DNA of 64,000 bases from positions 63,591 to 127,590 of the forward strand of contig CASICS010000008.1 in assembly GCA_949373255.1 (NCBI GenBank), read 5' to 3'. Both the position numbers and the translations under genes were made by a program. Below are positions 38,329-47,844 of the stretch, in pieces. The notes beneath the pieces were generated by a model. That model searched no databases. It had not been told where the DNA came from and was given only the letters and a program-made list of their open reading frames with translations. How positions within the stretch are numbered: the first letter of the stretch is position 1; every line of letters starts with the position of its first letter. The DNA comes from an uncultured SAR86 cluster bacterium. Its GTDB lineage: Bacteria > Pseudomonadota > Gammaproteobacteria > Magnimaribacterales > AG-339-G14.

Positions 38329-40409
38329 TTTAATTCTTTATTATTAGTATAATGTTCCAAAGGGCGACCCAATGATCCTAAACCTTTTAATTCAAAATAG
38401 ATTCTAAAGCTTTCTTGATTATATTCATCAAATTTATTTTCGTTAACGACTTTAAGCCAATCCAAGCCTTTTGATTTTATAAGAGCTAGGCCGATTTTTA
38501 AACCAGGATTCTCATATTCAAGCCCAATAACGATATTCGTTAGATTAGAATTTTTTAAGTCATAATTAATTTTAGATTGAAACGAAGTTCTTTCATTAAT
38601 ATAAAAATTTTCTTTAATTTCTAAATAATTTATTTTTCTAGGTAGTTCTTTGTTGAGGAAATAGGAATTTACATCTTTAATCCAAACATAATCCAAACTC
38701 AATTTATTTAAATTTAAAAAATCTTTACTAAATTTTAAATTGAATGAATCATAATTTTTATCGCTATCTTTATTAAATCCAGCAGATAAAAATAGCTTAT
38801 TTTGATTCCGATAGGTCCATTTCGCTTGATAAGGTTCAGGCAATATATAATTTCCTTCTGGAATCTTTAGCGATCTTTTACCTATGCCTACTAATTTAGA
38901 AATTTTAAATACATGATTGCTTCCATTATTCTTTGAAAGATTGAAATCTGTCCCTACCAAAAAATCGTTTCTCATGGGAATAAACCCGTCTCCAGAAATT
39001 ATCTTTTTTGAAAAATTAAAAGAGTCACTAAAAATACCAGAATTTATTAATGGTAAATTTGATTGATCTGTTTCTTTTGAGTAAATGTATGAAATAAAAG
39101 GTTTGATTAGCTTTATTAGATCATTATCTTTTTTAAAAAATTTAGTAGAAAAAGAGGTTTCAAAATTAGGAATCACTCTTGAGATTTCTGTTTCATCTAA
39201 ATAAAAAACATCATAAATATAGTTCAATTTTATTTGATAATCTAGATTAGAGAAATGATTATCGTATCTGATTTGAGGCTTTAAACTTACTTTTTCTAGT
39301 TTTTGTTTTGAATTATCTGAGAAAGATCCGCCTTTTCTGAAAGACTGGAATTTAAAATCTAAATCGTATTGAAAATCTTTAATCCCTTTAAACCAGTTAA
39401 AGTCTATCTCAGGTATTTCCTGAAATTGATTCAAGCCAATAGGATTAATTATCTTAAATGAGTTTATTTTGATGCTTAGTTGATGATTTTTTCCAAAATT
39501 AGAAACTCTTATGGTTTGAGGGATGAATAAGGATTCTGATTCGCCATTGAAGCCACCTCCAAAATCTCTTAAAAATAAATCATCACTAACATTTGAATAA
39601 TTTATCTCGAGAAACGAATTGTAAAAAATCTTAGCATTATGAGAAGCGCTAAAAGACCACCTGAAAGAGCCCTGACGATATTGATCATAATATTCTTTAT
39701 CGTCACTTAAAAAAGACGCCTTCATGAAACCATCAAAATCATTATTTAAATATCTAAATTCTGACGAAAGTCCATTTCCTCTTTTTGAAATTAACCTCGG
39801 CTCTAGGGTTAAATCATAATTTTTAGCTAAATTAAAATAATAAGGAACTGATATATCGGTTCCGGATTTATTTGAAATAGATATTTCTGGTAATAAAAAA
39901 CCACTTCTTCTTCCGCCTGAAGCAGGGAATGAACCTTTTGGAAAATAGAAAATGGGAATGTTTTTAACCATTAATCGAGCATTTTTAAAATCTATATTTT
40001 TATTCTTCGTATCAAGATTTACTTTCTCAGCCTCAACCCACCAAATTTTTTCTAGACATGGGCAAAGAGAAAATTCGGCTACTTCGAACATAGTACTATT
40101 TTTAGAAGCTATAACTTTTTGAGCTTTCCCCCAAAACAGCTGATCCTTGACTCGAAATGAAATATTTTCTGAAATTAAACTCTTACTTTCTTTTTCAATA
40201 GTTGCTTTATCAGTTTTAATTATTAATTCTTCATATTGAACTTCAACGTTGCCTTCAAATACTAAAGACCCTGTATCGATGTCTGTACTTGCCTTGTTGG
40301 AGCTATAACTAAAATCTTGAGAAATAAGTAAATTTGCTGAGATAGTGAAAAGACATAGAATAAATCTAGTAAAAATGAAGTTAACGTTTAAGCAAATAGA
40401 TTTCTGCAT
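38325..40409 (-). CDS. lptD: LPS-assembly outer membrane protein LptD
   Basis: 694 aa; N-terminal OstA-like region, then a long beta-barrel-type sequence. Heads the conserved lptD-surA-pdxA-rsmA-apaH operon. Confidence 0.85.
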   Translation of the reverse strand: MQKSICLNVNFIFTRFILCLFTISANLLISQDFSYSSNKASTDIDTGSLVFEGNVEVQYEELIIKTDKATIEKESKSLISENISFRVKDQLFWGKAQKVIASKNSTMFEVAEFSLCPCLEKIWWVEAEKVNLDTKNKNIDFKNARLMVKNIPIFYFPKGSFPASGGRRSGFLLPEISISNKSGTDISVPYYFNLAKNYDLTLEPRLISKRGNGLSSEFRYLNNDFDGFMKASFLSDDKEYYDQYRQGSFRWSFSASHNAKIFYNSFLEINYSNVSDDLFLRDFGGGFNGESESLFIPQTIRVSNFGKNHQLSIKINSFKIINPIGLNQFQEIPEIDFNWFKGIKDFQYDLDFKFQSFRKGGSFSDNSKQKLEKVSLKPQIRYDNHFSNLDYQIKLNYIYDVFYLDETEISRVIPNFETSFSTKFFKKDNDLIKLIKPFISYIYSKETDQSNLPLINSGIFSDSFNFSKKIISGDGFIPMRNDFLVGTDFNLSKNNGSNHVFKISKLVGIGKRSLKIPEGNYILPEPYQAKWTYRNQNKLFLSAGFNKDSDKNYDSFNLKFSKDFLNLNKLSLDYVWIKDVNSYFLNKELPRKINYLEIKENFYINERTSFQSKINYDLKNSNLTNIVIGLEYENPGLKIGLALIKSKGLDWLKVVNENKFDEYNQESFRIYFELKGLGSLGRPLEHYTNNKELN

Positions 40410-40426
40410 GACAGTTTTTTTAAATA

Positions 40427-40446
40427 ATTATCATTCTAATGATAAT
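40427..40446. promoter_or_regulatory. Perfect 9-2-9 palindrome ATTATCATT-CT-AATGATAAT in the lptD/SDR divergent gap
   Basis: Read directly from the sequence; half-sites contain the Fur-like hexamers ATTATC/GATAAT in inverted order. Confidence 0.4.
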
Positions 40447-40470
40447 AGATGCATTTGGGGGTTAAAATAG

Positions 40471-40490
40471 TCCTTTATTTTAATAAAGGA
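40471..40490. promoter_or_regulatory. Perfect 9-2-9 palindrome TCCTTTATT-TT-AATAAAGGA just upstream of the SDR start
   Basis: Read directly from the sequence; ends 14 nt before the ATG at 40505 and abuts the GGAG Shine-Dalgarno sequence. Confidence 0.4.
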
Positions 40491-40504
40491 TTACGGAGAA
40501 AATT

Positions 40505-41365
40505 ATGAGCACTTTATCTAACAAAACACTTTTTGTTTCTGGAGCAAGCAGAGGCATTGGTTTGGCCATTGCAAAAAGGGCAGCAAGAGATGGAGCTAAT
40601 ATTATATTGGCTGCAAAAACAGCAGAAGCCCACCCAAAATTACCTGGAACTATATACACAGCAGCTGAAGAAATAGAAGAAGCTGGTGGGAAGGCTTTGC
40701 CATTAATTTGCGATATCAGATCAGAAGAGCGAGTTGAGGAATGTGTTGCTAAAGGAGCAGAACATTTTGGTGGAATAGATATCTGCATTAATAACGCCAG
40801 CGCAATTCAGTTAACAAACACTTTGCAGACTGATATGAAAAGATACGATTTAATGAATCAAATTAATGCAAGGGGGACATTCTTAACTTCAAAAAAATGC
40901 TTACCTTTCTTGTTGAAAGCCGAAAACCCTCACATTATGAATCTATCTCCGCCTTTAGATATGAGTCCAAAGTGGTTTGCTAACCATGTTGCCTATACGA
41001 TTGCTAAGTATGGTATGAGTCTGTGTGTTTTAGGAATGGCTGAAGAATTTAAAGAACAAGGAGTAGCAGTAAATGCATTGTGGCCAAGAACCGCAATAGC
41101 CACAGCAGCAGTTCAAAATATTTTAGGAGGCGATGAGCTCAGTAAAATATCCAGAACTCCAGAAATAATGGCAGATGCAGCTCATGTGATTTTGACTAAG
41201 CCATCAAAAGAATTTACAGGCAACTTCTGCATAGATGACAATCTATTAGCTGAGAATGGCGTAACAGACTTTTCTATATATGCTTCAGTTCCCTTTGCTG
41301 AACTTGCACCAGATTTTTTTGTACCCGATGATATCTTGCCCCCTGAAGAAGCTATAAATAGCTAA
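40505..41365 (+). CDS. Short-chain dehydrogenase/reductase (HSDL2-like subfamily)
   Basis: 286 aa; SGASRGIG, NNAS, YTIAKYG catalytic motif, followed by a C-terminal extension. Confidence 0.75.
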   Translation: MSTLSNKTLFVSGASRGIGLAIAKRAARDGANIILAAKTAEAHPKLPGTIYTAAEEIEEAGGKALPLICDIRSEERVEECVAKGAEHFGGIDICINNASAIQLTNTLQTDMKRYDLMNQINARGTFLTSKKCLPFLLKAENPHIMNLSPPLDMSPKWFANHVAYTIAKYGMSLCVLGMAEEFKEQGVAVNALWPRTAIATAAVQNILGGDELSKISRTPEIMADAAHVILTKPSKEFTGNFCIDDNLLAENGVTDFSIYASVPFAELAPDFFVPDDILPPEEAINS

Positions 41366-41371
41366 GTTATT

Positions 41372-42397
41372 TTGGTTACTGAAGAGCTTTCATCCTCTAA
41401 AAGACAATGGGTCTTTGAAAAAATTGATATTTTAGAAAGCTCTTCACCGAAAGAAATTTCAAAGCTTAGAATTGAATCAAGCCAAAGAAATTTTTACAGA
41501 ATTTTATGTAGCAATAATAAAAATTATATTTTGATGGATGTTCCTAGTGGAATTGAAGAAAGCATAGACTCCTTTGCTAAGAAATCAAAAATTTTGTTAG
41601 ATAGTGATATTCAAGTCCCTAAAGTTATTGCAAGAGATGATAATTTAGGTCTTCTAATAGTTGAAGACTTTGGAGATAGGCTTTTTCAATATAATCTTTC
41701 TGAAGAGAGCGCAGACGAAATGTATAAAGCAGCAATAGATCAATTAATTAAAATTCAAGATTTAGATTTAGACTCGAAGGCATTTAAAAATTTTGATGAA
41801 TCCGTTATGTTTCAAAATTGGTCTATGTTTGAAAATTCTTTTTTAAATGATTTATTAGGAATTAAGCCTTCTTCGGAAATTAATAAAAAGTTAAAAAATA
41901 AATATGACTCAGTGTGTAAGGAATTAAATGGCCATATCAAGGTAATCTGCCACTATGATTTTGAATGCAGAAATTTAATTTTACTTGATTCTGGAAAGGC
42001 AGGAGTTTTAGATTTTCAAGACGCGATGATTGGATCTATAGGCTTGGACTTGGCTTCCTTATTTAAAGATTTATATTTTTTTTGGTCAGAAGAAAAAATA
42101 AATAATTGGTATCAATATTTTCTAAATAATTCGGCAATAGCGAAAGCCAATAATATCTCTCTTCAAGACCTAATTAAAATTATTGATTATTGCAGCATAC
42201 AAAGACAATTTAGGATACTAGGAAAATTATCGGAAGTATATTTTAAATTAGGTAGAACTAATCGATTAAAAGATTTTCCTGTCCTTATGAGATATTTAAA
42301 AGAAACATCTCAAGAATACACGGAGCTTGACGATATAGGTTCCTTGATGGGCCCTTTATTAATTTTGTTAAATAAGAAAATAAATGAATTAACATGA
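41372..42397 (+). CDS. amgK: Anomeric MurNAc/GlcNAc kinase AmgK-like phosphotransferase
   Basis: 341 aa; APH-fold Brenner motif HYDFECRNLIL and DFQDA. Immediately precedes murU and faces lptD, as I recall for Pseudomonas amgK-murU. TTG start is uncertain. Confidence 0.65.
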   Translation: MVTEELSSSKRQWVFEKIDILESSSPKEISKLRIESSQRNFYRILCSNNKNYILMDVPSGIEESIDSFAKKSKILLDSDIQVPKVIARDDNLGLLIVEDFGDRLFQYNLSEESADEMYKAAIDQLIKIQDLDLDSKAFKNFDESVMFQNWSMFENSFLNDLLGIKPSSEINKKLKNKYDSVCKELNGHIKVICHYDFECRNLILLDSGKAGVLDFQDAMIGSIGLDLASLFKDLYFFWSEEKINNWYQYFLNNSAIAKANNISLQDLIKIIDYCSIQRQFRILGKLSEVYFKLGRTNRLKDFPVLMRYLKETSQEYTELDDIGSLMGPLLILLNKKINELT

Positions 42398-43062
42398 AAG
42401 CATTTGTACTTGCAGCAGGCTTCGGAAGCAGATTAAGGCCACTAACCGATGACACTCCAAAACCCTTGCTCAAGGTTAAAGGTAAGTCTTTAATTGAGTG
42501 GAATTTATTAAAATTAAAAGATGCTGGTTTTGAAGAAATAATAATAAATACTCATCATTTGGGTGAAAAAATAGAGACTGAACTTGGCGACGGAAAGAAA
42601 TACGATTTAAAAATTAAATACTCCAGAGAATCAAAAATACTAGGAACCGGAGGAGCAATTTTAAATGCAGCAGATCTAATAGGAGCTGATAATTTTTTAC
42701 TTATTAGCGGAGATTTATGGACTAATTATCCATTTCGAAGATTGATTGAATTTAATCAATCTAGCTTAGCTCATATGGTGTTGGTCAGAAATAAGACAAA
42801 AGTAATGGGTGATGTCGATCTAGAAAAGAATAAGGTAATTATAGATAAAGATCTTAAAGAATTTACTTTTTCAGGAATTGTAAAAATTAACCCCAAAATT
42901 ATTTTTAAAAAAGAAATAAAAAAAATGGAACTTTGGAAGCATTTGCTTTTGCCTTTGGCACGCGACGGACTAATTTCAGGAGAAATTTTTAATGGCTCTT
43001 GTTTGAATATAAATTCAAAGAATGATCTTGACGGATTAGACTCAGCAATTAGCGAAAGGTAA
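42394..43062 (+). CDS. murU: N-acetylmuramate alpha-1-phosphate uridylyltransferase MurU-like
   Basis: 222 aa; nucleotidyltransferase motif MKAFVLAAGFGSRLRPLTDDTPKPLL. 4-nt overlap with amgK. Confidence 0.7.
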   Translation: MKAFVLAAGFGSRLRPLTDDTPKPLLKVKGKSLIEWNLLKLKDAGFEEIIINTHHLGEKIETELGDGKKYDLKIKYSRESKILGTGGAILNAADLIGADNFLLISGDLWTNYPFRRLIEFNQSSLAHMVLVRNKTKVMGDVDLEKNKVIIDKDLKEFTFSGIVKINPKIIFKKEIKKMELWKHLLLPLARDGLISGEIFNGSCLNINSKNDLDGLDSAISER

Positions 43063-43071
43063 ACTGACTCC

Positions 43072-43740
43072 ATGTCAAAACAATCCAATATTATTGCTCC
43101 ATCTATTTTATCGGCTAACTTTGCTATTTTGGGCGAAGAGGTCAAAGAAGTAATTTTAGCAGGAGCCGAATGGATACATTTTGACGTTATGGATAATCAT
43201 TTTGTACCTAATTTAACCATCGGACCCATGGTTTGTAAGTCTTTAGTAGATTTCGGAATAACTAAACCTATAGACGTTCATTTAATGGTGAAGCCTGTAG
43301 ATGATCTAATTAAAATGTTTGCTGATGCGGGAGCTGCCACCATAACTTTTCATCCTGAAGCTAGTGAAGATGTTGAAAAATCATTGCAATTAATAATGGA
43401 TCAAGGCTGTAAACCAGGACTAGTTATTAACCCCGATGTACCTTTAGATGTTCTAAATCCCTATCTTGCTGATTTATATATGGTTTTATTGATGAGTGTA
43501 TTCCCCGGTTTTGGAGGTCAGGCATACATTCCTGAGGTCACAAAAAAAATATCTGACTTAAGAACAACTATAGACAACCTGGAAAAAAATATTCGCTTAG
43601 AAGTCGATGGAGGCGTGAAAGAAGATAATATTGGTGAGATTTCTGCTGCCGGAGCAGATACATTTGTAGCTGGCTCAGCAATATTTAATAAACAAAGCTA
43701 TAGCGATGCAATACAAAAGCTTAAAGATAATTTTAGTTAG
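43072..43740 (+). CDS. rpe: Ribulose-phosphate 3-epimerase
   Basis: 222 aa; [27 protein letters not shown]. Confidence 0.95.
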   Translation: MSKQSNIIAPSILSANFAILGEEVKEVILAGAEWIHFDVMDNHFVPNLTIGPMVCKSLVDFGITKPIDVHLMVKPVDDLIKMFADAGAATITFHPEASEDVEKSLQLIMDQGCKPGLVINPDVPLDVLNPYLADLYMVLLMSVFPGFGGQAYIPEVTKKISDLRTTIDNLEKNIRLEVDGGVKEDNIGEISAAGADTFVAGSAIFNKQSYSDAIQKLKDNFS

Positions 43741-44131
43741 TTTTTTTTCATTAAGTGCTATGGCTTCCAATGAGGAAAATCATCTGGATTGTATTAACGA
43801 TTTTGAACTTAATGACTCTGGTTATTGTCTTAAGTTTTTAAATACTAATAAAGAAAGGCAAATGGGTTTAATGTTTCAAAAAAATTTACCATATGGACAC
43901 AGAGTTGTTTTTCAATGGAAACAAACAAAAAAAATATGTATGTGGATGAAAAATACCTCTATTCCATTAGATATTCAGTTTTATAATCCATCTTTAAAGA
44001 CAATTATTGTAGAGAAGGGAGTTCCTTTTTCAAAAAAAAGAATTTGTCATAAAGCAATAGAAGTAATAGAAGCAAATAGAGGAGAGCTTGTCAGCAATCC
44101 AAATGAATACGGAATTTTTTTAAAAAAATGA
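43706..44131 (+). CDS. Secreted DUF192-family protein
   Basis: 141 aa; signal peptide ending SAMA-SNE; core ...GLMF...W MKNT.IPLDI.F... is typical of DUF192. Overlaps rpe by 35 nt and trpE by 4 nt. Confidence 0.6.
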   Translation: MQYKSLKIILVSFFSLSAMASNEENHLDCINDFELNDSGYCLKFLNTNKERQMGLMFQKNLPYGHRVVFQWKQTKKICMWMKNTSIPLDIQFYNPSLKTIIVEKGVPFSKKRICHKAIEVIEANRGELVSNPNEYGIFLKK

Positions 44132-45474
44132 CTAAAAAACCTTTTTATAAAGAAATATCTGGCGATCTTGATTCACCTTTGGATATATATCTAAAATTCT
44201 ATGACGAAAGAAATTCGTACTTTTTTGAAAGTGTAGAGGGCGGAGAGAAATGGGCTAGATATTCAATTATAGGATTGCCTACTGATAATAAAATTTCGCT
44301 GGGTAATAACCCTCTCGATGAAATAAATAATTTTCTAAATACAAATCAATCAGAAAAAGACAAAAATTTACCAGATTTTCATGGCGGGTTGGTTGGTTAT
44401 TTTGGGTATGACACGATTAGATATATAGAGGGTAAATTAGCAAACTCCTCAAAACCTGATTTAAATTACCCAGATATTTCATTAATGATTTCAGATGAGG
44501 TTATTATTTATGATAATTTAGAAAAAACTTTATTCATCATAGTGAACGGGAGTTATGAAGACGAAGCGGATTGTTTAAAAAGAATAGAACAAATCCATCA
44601 AAAAATATTAGAACCAGTTGAAAGAAGAAAAATACCTCAAAAAAATAATATTAAATTTACATCCTCGGTTAAAAAAGAAGATTATTTAAAAGCAATTAAA
44701 AAGATTAAAGACTATATCGTTGAAGGCGATGTAATGCAGGTTGTATATGGGCAGGAATTAACTACGCCATTTAAAGGGTCTGCCATTGAACTTTATAAAT
44801 CTTTAAGAAAACTGAACCCTTCACCTTATATGTATTTTCTTAAGATAGATGATCTACATATTGTTGGAGCATCACCAGAAATATTAGTTAGACTGCAAAA
44901 TAACGAAGTAACTGTTAGGCCTATTGCTGGAACCATAAAGAGAGGTTCTTCTGAGCAAGAAGACAATGAATTAGCCAATAAACTAAGATATGACCCCAAA
45001 GAAATTGCAGAACATTTGATGTTAATTGATTTAGGAAGAAATGATGTGGGAAGAATTGCAAAAACTGGATCAGTAGAGACAACTGAGCAAATGAAAATCG
45101 AAAAATATTCTCACGTCATGCACTTAGTCTCAAATGTTATTGGAGATTTAGAAGATGGCCTCTCTCCGATAGATGTTTTAAAAGCCACATTTCCAGCTGG
45201 AACTCTATCAGGAGCTCCAAAAGTTAGAGCCATGGAAATTATTGATGAATTAGAGCCAGATAGAAGAGGAATATACGGAGGAGCAGTTGGATATTTATCT
45301 TGGACTGGAAACATGGATGTAGCAATTGCAATAAGAACAGCAGTTATACAAAATGAAATTCTAAGCGTAAGAGCGGGAGGAGGAGTAGTTTATGACTCTG
45401 ATCCAGAGTCAGAATATCAAGAATCAATGAATAAAGCTCAATCAATAATAAAAGCTATTGAGGATATGTCCTAA
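44128..45474 (+). CDS. trpE: Anthranilate synthase component I
   Basis: 448 aa; LESVEGGEKWARYS-like N-terminus, HLMLIDLGRNDVGR, GAVGYLSWTGNMD. Confidence 0.9.
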   Translation: MTKKPFYKEISGDLDSPLDIYLKFYDERNSYFFESVEGGEKWARYSIIGLPTDNKISLGNNPLDEINNFLNTNQSEKDKNLPDFHGGLVGYFGYDTIRYIEGKLANSSKPDLNYPDISLMISDEVIIYDNLEKTLFIIVNGSYEDEADCLKRIEQIHQKILEPVERRKIPQKNNIKFTSSVKKEDYLKAIKKIKDYIVEGDVMQVVYGQELTTPFKGSAIELYKSLRKLNPSPYMYFLKIDDLHIVGASPEILVRLQNNEVTVRPIAGTIKRGSSEQEDNELANKLRYDPKEIAEHLMLIDLGRNDVGRIAKTGSVETTEQMKIEKYSHVMHLVSNVIGDLEDGLSPIDVLKATFPAGTLSGAPKVRAMEIIDELEPDRRGIYGGAVGYLSWTGNMDVAIAIRTAVIQNEILSVRAGGGVVYDSDPESEYQESMNKAQSIIKAIEDMS

Positions 45475-46040
45475 TGTTAGTAATGATAGATAATTATGAC
45501 TCCTTTACTTATAACCTAGTTCAGTACTTTGGGGAATTAGGTGAAGAAGTAAGGGTTTTTAGAAATGATCAAATTTCACTAAAAAAAATTCAAGATATGA
45601 ATCCAGATTATTTAGTTATTTCGCCTGGCCCATGCTCTCCGAAGGAAGCAGGTATATCACTGGAACTAATTAAAGAATTAAAAGGGGAGTTACCAATTTT
45701 TGGAGTATGTCTAGGGCATCAAGCAATTGCTGAAGCTTTTGGCGCTAAAATCGTTAAAGCTAATTATCCAATGCATGGAAAAATTTCTGTTATAAATCAT
45801 GATGGAGACTACTTGTTTAAGAATTTAGAAAAAAATCTTTCAGTAACTAGATATCATTCTTTAGTAATAGAGCCAAGTTCTTTAACAGATGATTTTATAG
45901 TTAATGCTCGAACCGACGACGGTATTATTATGGCCATCCAACATAAAACTTTGAATATTTCCGGAGTTCAATTTCACCCAGAATCTATAATGACAAAACA
46001 AGGTAAGAAACTCTTGCAAAACTTTTTAAATTCAAAATGA
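45474..46040 (+). CDS. trpG: Anthranilate synthase component II (glutamine amidotransferase)
   Basis: 188 aa; GVCLGHQ and QFHPES. Confidence 0.9.
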   Translation: MLVMIDNYDSFTYNLVQYFGELGEEVRVFRNDQISLKKIQDMNPDYLVISPGPCSPKEAGISLELIKELKGELPIFGVCLGHQAIAEAFGAKIVKANYPMHGKISVINHDGDYLFKNLEKNLSVTRYHSLVIEPSSLTDDFIVNARTDDGIIMAIQHKTLNISGVQFHPESIMTKQGKKLLQNFLNSK

Positions 46041-47056
46041 ATATTCAAGAAGCTACTCAGCTTATAAAAAATCAAAATGACTTAGCTATTGAAGATATGG
46101 CAAACCTTATGACTGGTATTTTCTCTGGAGAATATACAGAAGATCAAATAATTTTATTTTTAGAAGAACTGGCACTCAAGGGAGAATCCATTTCTGAATT
46201 GATAGGCGCTGTAAAGGTTATGAGAAATTTTTCCGTAAAAGTAAAAGCTCCTTACCCAGGATTAATAGATTGCTGTGGAACAGGAGGATTAGGCAAAAGT
46301 ATGATGAATGTTTCAACAACATCAGCACTTGTTGCAGCTGCGTGTGATGTAAAAGTTGCCAAGCACGGAAATAGAAGTGCTACTGGAACTTCTGGTAGTG
46401 CAGATTTACTTGAAGCTGCAGGTGTAAATTTAAATTTATCTCCTGAAGCCATATCAAGATGTATAGAAGAGATCGGAATGGGTTTTATGTTTGCTCAAAA
46501 CCATCATCCTGGAATGAAATTTGTCATGTCAGCAAGAAAAAAGATAGGAAAAAAGACAATATTTAACTTATTAGGCCCCTTAACGAATCCTGCAGATGCT
46601 CCTAAACAGGCAATCGGAGTATTTGACTCTAAATGGGTTATTCCGGTAGCAGAAGCTCTTCAAAAACTAGGAACAGAAAGAGCTTTAATTTTTCATTCAT
46701 ATGATGGTTTGGATGAGATAAGTATCGCCGATAAAACCTATATGGCTGAACTAAGGAATAATAAAATTAGTGAACTAGAGATCGATCCAAAACAATTTGA
46801 TCTGAATTATGAGAATCTTGACGCTCTCAAAGTGAAATCTCCAAACGAAAGCTATGAGAAAGTTCGAGAAACTCTTAAAGGTAACTTTGATGAAGGAGAA
46901 GCCATAGTTAAATTAAATGCAGCAGTAGTAATTTACTCATCTGGAATGAAAAAGAGCATTGAGGAAGGATTTTTATTGGCTGAAGAAGCAATAAAAAATG
47001 GCAGTGGTTTTAAAAAATTAAAAGATTTAGTTTCTCTCTCCAATGAATTAGCATAA
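46037..47056 (+). CDS. trpD: Anthranilate phosphoribosyltransferase
   Basis: 339 aa; DCCGTGGLG, KHGNRS, NLLGPLTNP. Confidence 0.9.
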   Translation: MNIQEATQLIKNQNDLAIEDMANLMTGIFSGEYTEDQIILFLEELALKGESISELIGAVKVMRNFSVKVKAPYPGLIDCCGTGGLGKSMMNVSTTSALVAAACDVKVAKHGNRSATGTSGSADLLEAAGVNLNLSPEAISRCIEEIGMGFMFAQNHHPGMKFVMSARKKIGKKTIFNLLGPLTNPADAPKQAIGVFDSKWVIPVAEALQKLGTERALIFHSYDGLDEISIADKTYMAELRNNKISELEIDPKQFDLNYENLDALKVKSPNESYEKVRETLKGNFDEGEAIVKLNAAVVIYSSGMKKSIEEGFLLAEEAIKNGSGFKKLKDLVSLSNELA

Positions 47057-47058
47057 TA

Positions 47059-47844
47059 ATGAATCATCTAGATAAAATTTTATTAGAAACTAGGAAATCT
47101 GTTACTCAACTAAAGAAGACTGTATCCATTGCTGACTTAGAAGATCGTATCAATGAATTTTCAAAAAGATCTTTTGTGGAAAATTTGAAAAGAAAAATTT
47201 CTCAAAAAGAAATCGCAGTGATTGCAGAAATAAAAAGATCATCACCTAGCAAGGGAGTCATTAGAGAGAACTTTATACTTGAAGATATAGCTAAAGACTA
47301 TGCAGCTAATGGAGCTACTTGCTTAAGCATTCTGACTGACGAACCTTTCTTCGGAGGCAATATTGAGTATCTCGAAAGAGCTAGGAAGATAGTTGAAATT
47401 CCTATTTTAAGAAAAGATTTTATTATCGACAGTTTTCAAGTCACCGAAACCAAGGCTAGCGGCGCTGACTGTATTTTATTAATAGTTGCTGCTTTAGATG
47501 ATCATGAACTGAAAGATTTTTATGATCAATCTAAGGCTATTGATTTAGATGTGTTGATAGAAGTGCATAACTTAGAAGAATTAGAAAGGGCACTAAAAAT
47601 ATCTCCAGAACTTCTGGGTATAAATAATAGAAATTTATCTAGTTTTGAAGTTGATATTCAAAATTCCATAGACTTATTAGAAAAAATTCCATCAGATGTA
47701 ACGATTATTTCTGAAAGTGGAATTTTGAAGCAGTCAGATTTAAAAAATCTTTCGTCAGCTGGAATTTATGGTTTTTTAATTGGGGAAAAATTTATGCGTG
47801 CAGAGAGTCCGGGTCAAGATTTATTTGAGCTAATATCCCTCTGA
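47059..47844 (+). CDS. trpC: Indole-3-glycerol phosphate synthase (monofunctional)
   Basis: 261 aa; IAEIKRSSPSKG, LRKDFI, INNRNL. Confidence 0.9.
   Translation: MNHLDKILLETRKSVTQLKKTVSIADLEDRINEFSKRSFVENLKRKISQKEIAVIAEIKRSSPSKGVIRENFILEDIAKDYAANGATCLSILTDEPFFGGNIEYLERARKIVEIPILRKDFIIDSFQVTETKASGADCILLIVAALDDHELKDFYDQSKAIDLDVLIEVHNLEELERALKISPELLGINNRNLSSFEVDIQNSIDLLEKIPSDVTIISESGILKQSDLKNLSSAGIYGFLIGEKFMRAESPGQDLFELISL

Noticed and set aside
40480-40788. 102-aa minus-strand ORF opposite the SDR gene
   Set aside because: The plus-strand frame has clear SDR motifs (SGASRGIG, NNAS, YxxxK). The antisense product is low-complexity Ala/Ser-rich.
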